64,000 bases of DNA from Azolla caroliniana (GCA_043228905.1 JBHGNT010000017.1:9920001-9984000); one strand, 5' to 3'. Shown: positions 33,501 through 45,383, counted from the first letter of the stretch. The notes: generated by a model from the letters alone, not told the origin. Program-made: numbers and translations.

Positions 33501-34148
33501 GCTTAATTGCAGATGTAACCGGGCGTGCCAAAATTCTTCTGTGTTAATCGGCTAATTACTAACTAATACCGATACAGAAGAGTGAACGTCGCTACTCAAC
33601 GTTCTAACAAGGAATTGTGTTTTACGAACGGAATTATATTATATTAATCGGTAATTACCGTGATCGTTACTTAGTTATAAATTAGGAAGCTTGCACTTAA
33701 CAACATAGACAATAGAAAGAACACAGAATCCGTACAGGATATTCCTAACTTAAACTTATATTACTAAATAAAACGACCTTTCTTACAATGCCTTCGGTTC
33801 CCTTTTATAGGTATACCGAAGGTCTTTTCTCATCAAGAACTATTCCTACTTACTATCAAGAATTACAAAATTATCTAACTAACTTAGTTCTCTTCGTTTA
33901 CTGCTGAGTCATTGATCCGAACAGTCGATCCGAACCGACTCCGTTTTCGACGCTTTCCCACTTGTTCGGTAAAACTGACTGTCCGGGTCCGGGTAACAGT
34001 TTCTCCCAGTCGAGAGGTTGTACCAAAGGTACTTTAGTAAGCATATTCTTGAGGCAATCATAAACATCTTGTTCCACTATTGTCCATTGGAAAGGTGTTT
34101 TATGCACTGTTGTGTGCACTGGTATTGCCACATCAGCAAGATAACTTA

Positions 34149-35533
34149 GGCAACGACCTCGAGCTTTTGTCTTCGCCAACCGGTGGTTACAATAGAAAAT
34201 GCTTTCTGGTTCAATCTTTCTCTCTATCTCTCTGTCTCTCTATGTGTGCAACATTACAACAACTACTAAAATCAAAATAATACAATACACACATTTGCCC
34301 TAGTTATATTTATACTCATATAACTTATGGGCTATTTACAAATGTGGCCTCAATGGCCCATATGAAACATATTTACATTTCTATCTCTCTTCTGGTTCAT
34401 GCAGGATCCAGTCAGACCCCTTCCGGGTCCATCCGATTCAGTATCTGGATGTCCTTCTGGACGCTCTGATCCAGTTCGTTTTCTCTAGCTTCTCTTATCC
34501 TCATCCGGAGGGACTAGCATCTCAGGAATCTCCCCTTTCATTCTGATATGGGGTCTTCGTCAGTCTGATTCGTCTCTCCAGCATGTGTTTAGCTTGTCGG
34601 CTGACAGCACTTTGGTCAGCATATCCGACGTGTTCTCCTCTATGTGAATCTTCACCAAAGTGAATTCTTGGTCTTCTACTCTCTACCGAAGCCAATGGTA
34701 TCTGTGTTAGATGTGCTTCATCCTAGAGTGGTAGGTCGCATTCTATGCAAGGTGGATGACACTTTGTCTGTCACAGTGGAGTCGGTATTCCTCCTGTTGG
34801 ATCCCCAGTTCTCCCATGAAGTCCTTCATCTAGATTACTTCCTTGTCGGCTTCCACGACCACCATGTACTCCGCTTCCGTTGTCAACAGTGCAACGGACT
34901 TTTGCAACCTTGACTACCACGATACGGCTCCCCCTACATATGTCATGACGTATCCGAATGTAGATTGGTTGGTATCTCCATCAACCGACATGTGTGAATT
35001 GGTGAAGCCTTCCAATAGGGGTTTACCAAAGCCAAATTTGAGACACAAGCCTGAGGTGCCTTTTAGGTACCGGAGTATCCACTTGATTGTTGCCCAATGG
35101 TCCTTTCCCGGATTGCTCATGAACTGACTTACTACTCCGACTACATAACCGATGTCTGGTCGTGTACACACCATTATGTGCATGAGACTTCCGAATAACT
35201 TGTTAAGCATCTTTGCCACGTACTTCTCCTGTGATAGCCACAATTGTTTCTTTGACCGGTCCCCGATTATGTGCACCCCCAATCTCTGTCTTGCCAAACC
35301 CAAATCTTTCATTGAGAAAGTCTAGTTCAAGGCCTTCTTCAAATTCCCAATTTTGATTCGGTTTGGTCTGACGATCAACATGTCATCCACATACAACAAG
35401 AGTATCAAGAAGTTACCTCCATCAAATTTCTTCACGAACACGTAGTGGTCATCTTGCGTCTTGTGGTATCCTTGGTTGGTCATGAAGGAGTCAAACTTCT
35501 GGTACCATTATCGGGGAGCTTGCTTCAGTTCGT
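34149..35533 (-). mobile_element. Copia D: degenerate 3' part (RT C-terminus, RH, PPT, partial LTR 34149-34524)
   Basis: Begins at LKQAP; MKDLGLARQ, CTRPDIGY, YVMTYVGGAVSW; LTR motifs shared with copia A, B and F. Confidence 0.85.
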
Positions 35534-35830
35534 TGTCGTGGAGAAAACCAGCCTTAGGCAGACTCAGTGTAAAAGGTGTATGAGCTGGCCCTTACGCGCA
35601 GGCACAAGTATTGATAAGTTGTACATAATTAGGAATAGGTCGGGTGATGTAAATATACTAGGTAGTACACATTTATTAGCTAGGAAATCGATGTGTATCT
35701 CTGTCCGAAGGGACAGAGAATAAAGATGATGTATTCAGGATGTGACGGCCCTCCCCGACGGTGTCGGGGTAGTTGTGGTTCGTGCGGCGAGGTCGAAGGG
35801 ACCAAGGTTAAAGGGAGTTGGGTAAGTTTT
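35534..35830 (+). repeat. Probable U3 end of LTR I (starts TGTCGTG)
   Basis: Abrupt TG start that cuts copia D RT; right boundary uncertain. Confidence 0.5.
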
Positions 35831-35845
35831 AATAAGGCTTGTGCG

Positions 35846-38800
35846 TTCCCGTTTAGGGTTTTCCACGTAAACATCTTGTGTACTCTCTCTTGCTCTATTG
35901 TTTGGGTGTATACGTGCATTTCTTTCTATTCCCATCTTTTTGTGGTTGATCCTAAGACTTGGTTGTGGCCAAGCATTATTCCACATATTCTCTTCAAACT
36001 GGTATCAGAGCGAACAACACAGAAAATGGAAGAATCCTTCAGAGGCATGTTCAAGCTCACCGGCTCCAACTACTCCATATGGAAGTCGAAGATGAGGGAC
36101 ATGTTGGTGGTAAAAGATCTCTAGTTGCTAGTTCAGTTCGGGGAGAAGAGACTGGACAAGATCGACGCCACGGTGTGGGAGGTGATGCACATGAAGACAA
36201 CGGCTTACATACGGTGCTTCATCGACATGAGCCTGTACAACAACTTCAATGAAAAGAGCAAGGCTCATGAGCTCTGGGAGAAGATCGGCATTATGGTCTA
36301 GAACAAAAATGTTGTTAATCGAGTTTCGGTATTTCGGAAGCTAGTGAGGCTCTGATACCAAGACGGCTCCAGTATGGCGGATCACATGAAGGCCTTCCAT
36401 GGGCTGATACACCAAGTGACCTCGTTGGAAGTACCTCTCACCGATGAGGTACTTGCTCTACTTTTGCTCGGTTCCCTCCCTGATAGCTGGGAGACGTTAG
36501 TTGTCACTTTGGGCAACGTCGGGCCGAAAGGAAAATAGTTATCCCTAGCAAGAGTCAAGTTGAGCTCGCTAGATGAGGAGGCGCGTCGGAAAGACAAGGA
36601 TATGAGGTCCGACTCCAAAGCGCTCCTTACCGAATTGCAACGCGGAAGACAAAGGAATCAATGTCCCCCAAAGCGGGAAAAGTCGAGGACACGGTCAAAT
36701 TCAAGGGGGAGGCCCACTTGCTTCTATTGTGGCAAGCCGGGGCACTTCCAGAAGAACTGTGGGCATTTCCGGAAAGACAAGGGAGCCGACAGTACCGATT
36801 CGAAGAAGTCACCTGACCGAAACAGTTCGGATCGGCGAGGACCGGACCGGAAGGGAACAACGGCAATCGCGGCAAGCGAAGAGGAGTTTATGCTCATCAC
36901 CGAGGAGAGTGAGTTGAACCTTGCCAACGATGAGACAACGTGGGTTGTCGATTCTGGGGCATCGTTCCACCTTACCCCAGACCGGAAATGCTTCTCATCC
37001 TACACAGCCGGTGAGCACGGCTATGTCCGAATGGGGAATGAAGGGACATGCCGAATTATCGGCATAGGAGATGTGTTGTTGACGACATCAACCAAATGCA
37101 AGTTGCTGCTAAAGGATGTCTGACACGTTCCGGAGGTTCGACTGAACCTGATATCAGCCACTCGGCTAGATGATGAAGGCTACATAGGTAGCATCCGGAA
37201 GGGTGTCATGAAGTTCTGCAAAGGGAGCTTAATAGTGGCTCGAGCCCGGAAGGTCAACACATTGTACTTGATGAATGCCCAGATATGTCGGGAAGAAGTG
37301 AATGTAGCATCTGACACTGCTGGTGAGCTGTGGCACAAAAGACTGTGTCACATGAGTGAGAAGGGGATGAAGAGGCTTGTCAAAGTCAACCTCATTTCAG
37401 TGAAGGATGTGCAACTTGAGAAGTGCACCGATTGCTTGGCCGGCAAGCAAAACCGAACCTCCTTCCAATCAAGATCACCGATGAGACGGAATGCACCACT
37501 AGAGCTCCTACATACGGATGTGTGCCAAGTAGATACGAAGTCACATGCCAAATCGCAGTACTTCGTGACGTTCATAGATGACCATAGCCGGAAGCTATGG
37601 GTCTCGCCACTAAAGACGAAGAATCAAGTGTTATCCGTCTTCAAGGAGCTTCACGCGAGAGTGGAAAGAGAAACCGGCCGGAAGCTAAAGACGGTTCGAG
37701 CAGATAACGGAGGAGAATATCGGGTCAGTTCGAGGAGTACTGCCACTTGAAGGGAATCCAACTCGAATTTACCGTGCCGAAGACGCCAGAACTCAATGGG
37801 TTAGCTGAGAGGATGAACTGAACCATAATGTAGAGGGTCCGGAGTATGCTAGTACATGCCAAGTTATCCAAGACGTTTTGGGCTGAGGCGCTGACGACAA
37901 CGACGTACGTGATAAATAGATCACCCTAAGTACCCTTGGACGGAGACACGCCACAGAGAGTGTGGACCGGTAAGGAAGTGTCTTACCGGCATCTGAAGGT
38001 GTTCGGGTGTCTCGCTTACGTGCATGTGGCAAAGGACCGGAGAGGCCAATTGGATCCAAAGTCTCGGCCTTGCATATTCCTCGGATACGGCGATGATGAG
38101 TTCAGTTACAGAGTGTGGGACCCCGTCGACAAGAAGGTGTTCCGAAGTTGAGATACTATCTTCATGGAGGACAAGACCCTTGCTGACTAGGAGTCGGAGA
38201 AGAAGATAATGAACTCTGAGTCGACCGGTAAGGATCAGTTCGATGAGATTCAGACCTACCCGGCTAAGAGCCGGTTGACACTTGAAGAATTGGCCGGTTA
38301 CGGTGAGGATACCGAACCGGCAGAAGAAGAAGAAGAGGAAGCTAAAGTTGCAAATGGAACCGGCCAAGATCTCAAATCGGATTCGGATGAAGAACAAGTA
38401 GAGGAGCCGGTTGCCGAAAGCCAAAGACGGAGATATCCTCTCAGAGAAAGAAGAGCCCCCCGGAGATTTCCGGATGCAGAGCATGTGTTGCTGACCAATG
38501 AGGGGGAGCCAGAAAGCCTCGAAGAAGCGAAGGATGACACCCATAGCCGCAAGTGGTTGAGTGCCATGCAGGACGAGATGGATTCCCTGCATGAGAACCA
38601 CACGTATGAATTGGTGGAGTTGCCGAAAAGAAAGAGGGCACTCCGAAACAAGTGGGTGTACAATGTGAAGCCGGGAGATGCCGGCAACCCCCCGAAATAC
38701 AAAGCCAGGATTGTGGTGAAGGGGTTCCAGCAGAAGAAGGGCATGGACTTCGACGAGATATTTGCCCCGGTAGTAAAGATGACTTCCATCCGGACGGTGC

Positions 38801-40643
38801 TAACCATAGCAGCAAGCATGAACCTCGAGGTAGACCAGTTAGACATGAAGACGATATTCCTCCACGGCGACCTCGAAGAGAAGATCTACATGCAGCAACT
38901 GAAGGGATTTGTGAAGAAAGGGAAGGAGCACCTGGTTTGCCGGTTGAAGAAGAGCCTCTATGGTTTGAAGCAAGCTCCCCGGAAGTGGTACCGGAAGTTT
39001 GACTCCTTCATGACCAATCAAGGGTACCACAAGACACAAACCAATCACTGCGTATTTGTGAAGAAGTTCGAAGGTGGAGACTTCCTGATACTCCTCCTGT
39101 ATGTGGACGACATGTTGATCGTCGGACGAGACCAAGTCAAGATACGGATGCTGAAGAAGGCTCTAAACCAGACCTTCTCAATGAAAGACTTAGGTCTTGC
39201 AAGACAGATACTGGGGATGCATATCATCCGGGACCGGTCAAAGAAGTAATTGAGGCTGTCACAGAAGAAAGACATGACAAAGGTGCTTCAGCGGTTCAAC
39301 ATGTCAGAAGCAAAACCGGTCGAATCGACACTTCCAGCAAACTGCAAGCTATCTAGTAAGAAAAGCCCGAAGATGAAGGCAGATATGATGAAGATACCAT
39401 ATGCCTCTACCGTCGGGAGCTTTATGTATGCAATGGTGTGTACCTGACCAGATATCAGATATGCAACCGGAGTGGTGAGCCGATTTATGAGCAATCCCGG
39501 CAAGGAGCACTGGAATGTGGTAAGATGGATACTCCGGTACTTGAAAGGCACCTCAAGTATGTGTCTCTGATTCGGCTCCAGTAAACCCCAACTTGACGGT
39601 TTCACCAATTCGGATATGTCAGCTGATGCAGATACCAGCTGGTCAATATCGGGATATGTTATGACATATGCAGGGGGAGTTGTTTCGTGGCAATCGAGGC
39701 TGCAGAAGACGGTTGCGTTGTCAACCACAGAGGCGGAGTACATGAGAGACGTGGAAGCCGGCAAGGAAATATTATGGATGAAGGACTTCATCGGAGAGCT
39801 AGGGATCCGGCAAGAGGAATACTGGCTCTATTGCGACAGTCAAAGTGTCATTCACCTTGCAAAGAACGCGGCGTATCATTCTAGGATGAAGCACATCCAG
39901 CAGAGATACCACTAGATCCGGGAGCAAGTGGAAGATCGAGAGTTCATGCTGACGAAGATCCACATGGAGTAGAATGGGTCAGATATGTTGACCAAGGTGC
40001 TGACGCCTGACAAGCTTGACGCATGCAAGAAGTGAATTGGACTAACCAGACATCCCATGCCGGAGTGAAGGGGGAGTTTGTTAGGATTTCGGTCCCTCCG
40101 GATGGGATATGAGTACCCGGCAAGGAAGACCCGGTGAGAACCGGATGTTGCAGGCCTGGTGAGAACCTCTCATCGGATGAAGGGACATATATGTAAATAT
40201 GTTCCAGAGAGCCCACTGGGACTATATTCGTAAATAGTGCAAAAGTCATATTAGTATAAATATGACCTAGGGAAAACAGTATTATTGTTGTTGTCATTAT
40301 TTTGTATAGAGTTATTGGTGTAATTGCTGTACAGAGTGTAGCAGAGGAAAGAGAGAGACAAAGTGAGAGACAAAGTGAGTCTCTGTTGTAACCGCAGCCA
40401 GGCGAAGATTGTGAGCACAAGGTCGTTGCCTCTGTGTTCCCCTGCTATATTCTCCTTGCATAGTGAGAGTTGGAGTTTGTGGACTCCCGTGGTTTTTCCC
40501 GTGTAGGGTTTTCCACGTTAACATCTTGTGCATTCTCTTCTGTCTGTGTACTTACTTCCATTTCTTATCTTTCTGTGTTTGATTATCATTAAGTGATCTA
40601 ATTCTCGGTTGTGGCCGAAGATTATTCCGCATAGTTTCTGTCA
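35846..40643 (+). mobile_element. Copia E: near-complete but mutated Tork-like element; 5' LTR remnant 35846-35996, 3' LTR 40079-40643
   Basis: PBS TGGTATCAGAGC at 36000-36011; gag-pol 36026-40068 with many stops; PPT at 40067-40076; the two LTRs are clearly dissimilar. Confidence 0.9.
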
Positions 40644-41870
40644 CGACTCTCCCAGTCCGAATACATTCGCAAGGTGCTAAAGCGCCTCAACATGGAGAAT
40701 GTGAAGCCAGCACCGACGCCGCTTCTGACGTTGATCAGACTATCGGACAAAGACTCTTTTGCAATGGACAAGGAGAGAGAGCTTAATGGAAAGATACCCT
40801 ACGCATCGGCAGTATGAAGTATCATGTATGCAATGGTGGCGACCCGACCCGAGCTAGCCTATACCGTAGGGGTGGTCAGCCGGTACATGTCAAACCCAAG
40901 AAAGAGGCATTGGGAGGTCTTCAAGCACATCCTTAGGTATCTGAAAGGAACCACGGATGCACAACTGACTTTTGGACTGACAACCTCAACCGAAGTCGAA
41001 GGCTACACCGATTCTGATTATGCCGGGAACACGGACAATCGGATATCGACATCAAGCTACATCTTCACCTATGGTGGAAGTGCAATATAATGGAGGTTGA
41101 AACTTCAAGAGTGCACGGCTCTGTCTACCACAAAAGCCGAGTACATAGCAACGAAGGAAGTGATCTGGCTGCATCGACTGACTGCCAACTTTGGAACTGC
41201 AAACCGAAATGACTGACCAACGTCGACCATCTATTGTGACTCACAGAGCGCAATACACCTCATCAACAATCCCATCAATCATGTGAAGACGAAGCACATT
41301 GAGGTGCGGTATCATCATATCCGGGAGCTTGTAAAAGAAAAGAAACTTGAAGTCAAGAAGATCGACACTGAGGTGAACATCGTCGATTGCCTGACGAAGC
41401 CACTCCCAGATCTACGTTGTCGCGAAGATTCGCGCGTGCGTGTGCTACTCGAGCGACCACCGGGGTCTTGGACTGGGGAGGACGTTCGCGGAATTATCGA
41501 CGCTAGATGACGATCAATGTAAGATTGGATGGAATTTGTTCACTTGAGAAGAAGAAAGATTGTACACTTGAGAAGTAGAAAAAACATGAAGAAGATAAAG
41601 ACAAATATAATTTATATTGATGATAATGGTGTTGGTGATATCACATATTGAGCCCCCCTTACACAAGCCCAATTAGAGGCTTTTATAGGTTTTTCCAGGC
41701 TCGTGACATGCACAAAACCATGGGCTAAAACCATGGTTTTGTGCACATGGTTTTGCTTATGTCATGCACAAACCATGGGTTTAAAACCATGGTTTTGTGC
41801 ACACGGTTTTCTATGGTTGTTTCGTCTATAATTTGTATATGAAAAGGAAATACATAAAATCTACACTATA

Positions 41871-41943
41871 TGATAGTTGTCCTAGTGGTAAGGCAATTAT
41901 CTTGTATCTTAGAGGTGCAAGGTTCAAACCTTGCTTGCACCCC
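41871..41943 (+). promoter_or_regulatory. tRNA-like Pol III A/B-box module in LTR U3 (also 44745-44817, 12013-12085, 19464-19535, 20233-20300, 60336-60400, and 62637-62700 on minus)
   Basis: A-box-like TGTCCTAGTGG and B-box GGTTCAAACC 43 nt apart, with a T-arm-like stem GCAAGG/CCTTGC. Confidence 0.6.
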
Positions 41944-42144
41944 TCTGTATGAACTCAAGTGCCACTAGGCCTTAGGAGGCTTATTTGCTAAGTGTATGTG
42001 CAATGTTGCACATCCTTGGTTTATTCATCTCACTCGGTTTCACACCGTAGCCGAAAATCGTCACGACATCCACCCCCACCAAACCCGCACATCCTCCGGT
42101 ATGTGCCGAGAAAGGTGAAGAGGTGAGATCTTTGGCAACGGTGA

Positions 42145-44247
42145 TCAACCGAGTTCCTCGTCTGACTTTGTCTTCCACTTCGAGTATGCGCAATCTTTCC
42201 AACCGAACCACCGTAGCCACCCGATCCACCATATCCGGCGGTCACACCTTCTTCCCCGATCGGTTGTAGTAGATCTACTGAACGATGTCGTCGATACGAC
42301 CGCTCTTCCTTCGTCCACCGCGCGTGTCCTTCGATTGGACTCCTGGCCACTCCTCACGCTCACCGTCTTCAACTGGGTATTGTAGATCGTTCGTGTCGAT
42401 CTCCGATTAGGCCGGGTTTGCCCTTGTCCGGATCGGTCTCCACCGATCGCTTCTTGGCTTGGTTGGCCTTCGTCTGCATTCACATTTCCCCGGGTCGGGC
42501 TCGACTGATTGATTCTGGCTGGGTCGGCCCCCTTTTGGATCGGAATCGTCCGATCGATTTTCGCCGAATCAGGTTTCGGCCGGGTCGGCCCCGGTCGATC
42601 GGCTCCCATGTGGATCTTCCTTCGTTCGGGTCGGAATCCCGGCCGGATCGTCTTCTGGTTCAACCGGTTCTCGACTCTTCCTTCGTTCCCGCATGCAACC
42701 TCTCCATCGAACTCAACCGCAGCTTCATCCTTGGCCTCCACGTCGGCCATATCCTTCCCTCCGTGTATGCTCGCCTCGAGCCATATTGTCTCCTCTTCGC
42801 CACCTCCTTTATCTTCGGTCTTATGCCGACACACGGTCTCGACTGCCGAAGTCTCCGGAACCGGTGTGAAGGAATCCCTTCGCTCATGCACATTTACCTT
42901 GTCTTCTTCATCGCCCTTCCGGTCGTCCTCTTTTTTGTCCACACATTCCGTCTCTCCGGTCTCACGTTGGCGCACGTGCACAACCGCCGAAGTCTCTAGA
43001 TTAGGTGTGGGGATATCCTTTCTTCCTCGATCTTCTTCCTCCTTGTGTTGGGCCTTTGTCTTCCCGTCACCACCTTCCGTCTCTCCGGTCTCACGTTGGC
43101 ACACCCGCGCAACCGCCGAAGTCTCTAGAACAATCGTGGAGAAAGTCTTGACATGGCTATCCGTTGTCGACTCGTCCATAGCCACCTCCGACTCGATGTC
43201 GTTTGTCATGGCTACCTCCTCAATCTCTTCAGACTCAAACACTTTTTCTCCCTCGATCATGCAAGCTTTTCTCATGCTTGGGCCGTCATCACCCGATGTT
43301 TCATACACAATGCGTGTTCCGAAACATTTATCCTCCCTCGAAGTGGCGTTCGCCATCCTCGAGTCATCGGCCTCCTCCTTCGCCGTCGTTTCTTTGTAAG
43401 ACAAGAAGGTGACTTGTTTCACACCTTCTCTCTCGGTACCGTCATACCGAACCAGAGCCTTTGTATCGGCCACTTCATTAACCCGCATTTGTTGGGAGGT
43501 CTCTTCTTCCTCGATCACCATTCGCCTCGGTTTTGTCTCCCTTTTAAGCTTCATTTCTTTTGTTGGTGGCGCATTGTTGCATCTCGTCCCTCTTCGATCG
43601 TCCCTCATGGGCCGTCTTGTTGTCGCCGATATTCTCGCTTGCCCCTTATCGTGTAGTCGGCATACACTTTCCACTTTGCTCCAATCCTCGATGAGGCCAT
43701 TTGCACCATCATCTTCTTCGAGTTTGAGGCCGATCGCCATCCTTTCCATTCGATCGATTGACTTCACGAACATAAGGACCTTATCGACCCCCACCAATCT
43801 TTGTTCCCGCTCCGACAATTGAGAAAAATGATGCTCGAAGTCTACGAATGCTTGTGTCGCACCTTGGTGGGTCTTCGCTGATGTCACCCATTGGTCGAAG
43901 TTGCGTCGATCTTGTCCCTTCTGCCTCTCATAGCCATATTCCTCCAATAGAGCCTTCTTGAAAGTCGCCCACGAATCATGAGCTTCTAGAAGCTCTGTTA
44001 CATCTTTGAAGATCGGTTGAGACACCACCCGACAAAAGTACTCTAGCCTCATAGCTTTGTCCACACCTCTTGAATCCATCTCCGCATTGTAGACTTTTAG
44101 GAAACTTTGGACTTCGGCACCGTTGAAATAGCTCATTCGTTCGACTACTTTGTCGACGGCTTGTTGGGCTTCATTTCTTCTTTTCTCTTCTCTCAGAAAC
44201 TCCATCATCCTTCTTGACATTGCCTCCATGAGATATTCGCCATCCAT
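42145..44247 (-). CDS. 700-aa Gag-like protein with an acidic repeat-containing tail; no protease, RT, RH or integrase
   Basis: Starts just after the PBS; gag-like FNGAEVQSFLKVY...SWATFKKALLEEY; three ETSAV.. repeats. Confidence 0.75.
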   Translation of the reverse strand: MDGEYLMEAMSRRMMEFLREEKRRNEAQQAVDKVVERMSYFNGAEVQSFLKVYNAEMDSRGVDKAMRLEYFCRVVSQPIFKDVTELLEAHDSWATFKKALLEEYGYERQKGQDRRNFDQWVTSAKTHQGATQAFVDFEHHFSQLSEREQRLVGVDKVLMFVKSIDRMERMAIGLKLEEDDGANGLIEDWSKVESVCRLHDKGQARISATTRRPMRDDRRGTRCNNAPPTKEMKLKRETKPRRMVIEEEETSQQMRVNEVADTKALVRYDGTEREGVKQVTFLSYKETTAKEEADDSRMANATSREDKCFGTRIVYETSGDDGPSMRKACMIEGEKVFESEEIEEVAMTNDIESEVAMDESTTDSHVKTFSTIVLETSAVARVCQRETGETEGGDGKTKAQHKEEEDRGRKDIPTPNLETSAVVHVRQRETGETECVDKKEDDRKGDEEDKVNVHERRDSFTPVPETSAVETVCRHKTEDKGGGEEETIWLEASIHGGKDMADVEAKDEAAVEFDGEVACGNEGRVENRLNQKTIRPGFRPERRKIHMGADRPGPTRPKPDSAKIDRTIPIQKGADPARINQSSPTRGNVNADEGQPSQEAIGGDRSGQGQTRPNRRSTRTIYNTQLKTVSVRSGQESNRRTRAVDEGRAVVSTTSFSRSTTTDRGRRCDRRIWWIGWLRWFGWKDCAYSKWKTKSDEELG

Positions 44248-45383
44248 CTTTGTCCTCCCCTACTGCTCTTCACGTCGGGTTCACCAAATGATGTCGCGAA
44301 GATTCGCGCGTGCGTGTGCTACTCGAGCGACCACCGGGGTCTTGGACTGGGGGGGACGTTCGCGGAATTATCGACGCTAGATGACGATCAATGTAAGATT
44401 GGATGGAATTTGTTCACTTGAGAAGAAGAAAGATTGTACACTTGAGAAGTAGAAAAAACATGAAGAAGATAAAGACAAATATAATTTATATTGATGATAA
44501 TGGTGTTGGTGATATCACATATTGAGCCCCCCTTACACAAGCCCAATTAGAGGCTTTTATAGGTTTTTCCAGGCTCGTGACATGCACAAAACCATGGGCT
44601 AAAACCATGGTTTTGTGCACATGGTTTTGCTTATGTCATGCACAAACCATGGGTTTAAAACCATGGTTTTGTGCACACGGTTTTCTATGGTTGTTTCGTC
44701 TATAATTTGTATATGAAAAGGAAATACATAAAATCTACACTATATGATAGTTGTCCTAGTGGTAAGGCAATTATCTTGTATCTTAGAGGTGCAAGGTTCA
44801 AACCTTGCTTGCACCCCTCTGTATGAACTCAAGTGCCACTAGGCCTTAGGAGGCTTATTTGCTAAGTGTATGTGCAATGTTGCACATCCTTGGTTTATTC
44901 ATCTCACTCGGTTTCACACCGTAGCCGAAAATCGTCACGACAACGCTTCAGAGCACTAAGGACGAAAATGGGGCTACAACAAGCGACCGAGCAGAAGAAA
45001 GCTGAACGAGGAGCAGAAGGTAAGATCTGATCGAAACAATAACGACACAACCTATACATCTACCGACTCGGCTACATGCCGACCGACTTGTAACATATAA
45101 ACTTAGATCAATTTTGTAATCTAGGGTTAAGAGGGAGATAATCCCAAACACTTGTACATGCAAGAAAGAGTAGTCCTTTTACGGGGGAATTTGTTGGCAT
45201 AAAAGGCCGACTCCTTCCAAATTGTATCCATTATTGTACCTTTGAGAGAGAAAAAAGTAATAAGAAGCTTTCCATTAAAGCTCGATCTATTGTATTTTCT
45301 GTGTGTGTTGTTTTCTGTGCATAAGCGAACAGGTCCGCAAACTTTTTCCGCATACTTATACATAGATATGCATAGTTCCAACA

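Larger units (their letters stand above)
29414..33998 (-). mobile_element. G3: young pol-less member of the Athila-like family (LTR-gag-eORF-LTR), nested in G2
   Basis: 457-bp LTRs 29414-29870 and 33542-33998 with about 3 mismatches; TSD GTTTC at 29409-29413 and 33999-34003; PBS TGGCACGCCCGG at 33519-33530. Confidence 0.95.
14902..34148 (-). mobile_element. G2: older Athila-like element split by nested insertions: RT tail 34148-33999, RH-INT 29413-27660, eORF 27244-27023, 21714-20346 and 15739-15460, 3' LTR 15414-14902
   Basis: Pieces are collinear with G1 on the minus strand. The frame continues across G3 (LDWEK|PFHIFVDASD) and across copia B (SEILQS|FGDY). Joining the 15460-15739 piece is inferred, as no clean TSD was found. 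Confidence 0.75.
41418..44942 (-). mobile_element. Young Gag-only (TR-GAG-like) LTR element with a tRNA-Trp PBS
   Basis: 651-bp LTRs 41418-42068 and 44292-44942, almost identical, TGTCG...CGACA; PBS TGGTGAACCCGACGTGAA at 44269-44286; apparent 4-bp TSD ACGT/ACGC. Confidence 0.93.
40644..45383 (+). mobile_element. Copia G: degenerate 3' part (RT end, RH, PPT near 45128-45138, short LTR to 45383), interrupted at 41418-44942
   Basis: MYAMVATRPELAY, GYTDSDYAG, KTKHIEVRYH; the frame KPLPD.R|FRALRTKMGL resumes after the insertion. Confidence 0.8.

Noticed and set aside
41871-41943. Functional tRNA genes at the A/B-box modules or the CCA-ended motifs
   Set aside because: No complete cloverleaf: the modules lack a good acceptor stem and the CCA motifs lack a 5' half.
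42509-43399. Long antisense ORFs (also 5291-5929, 59409-60167 and many short ones)
   Set aside because: Shadow frames of GC-rich TE coding sequence with no recognisable motifs.
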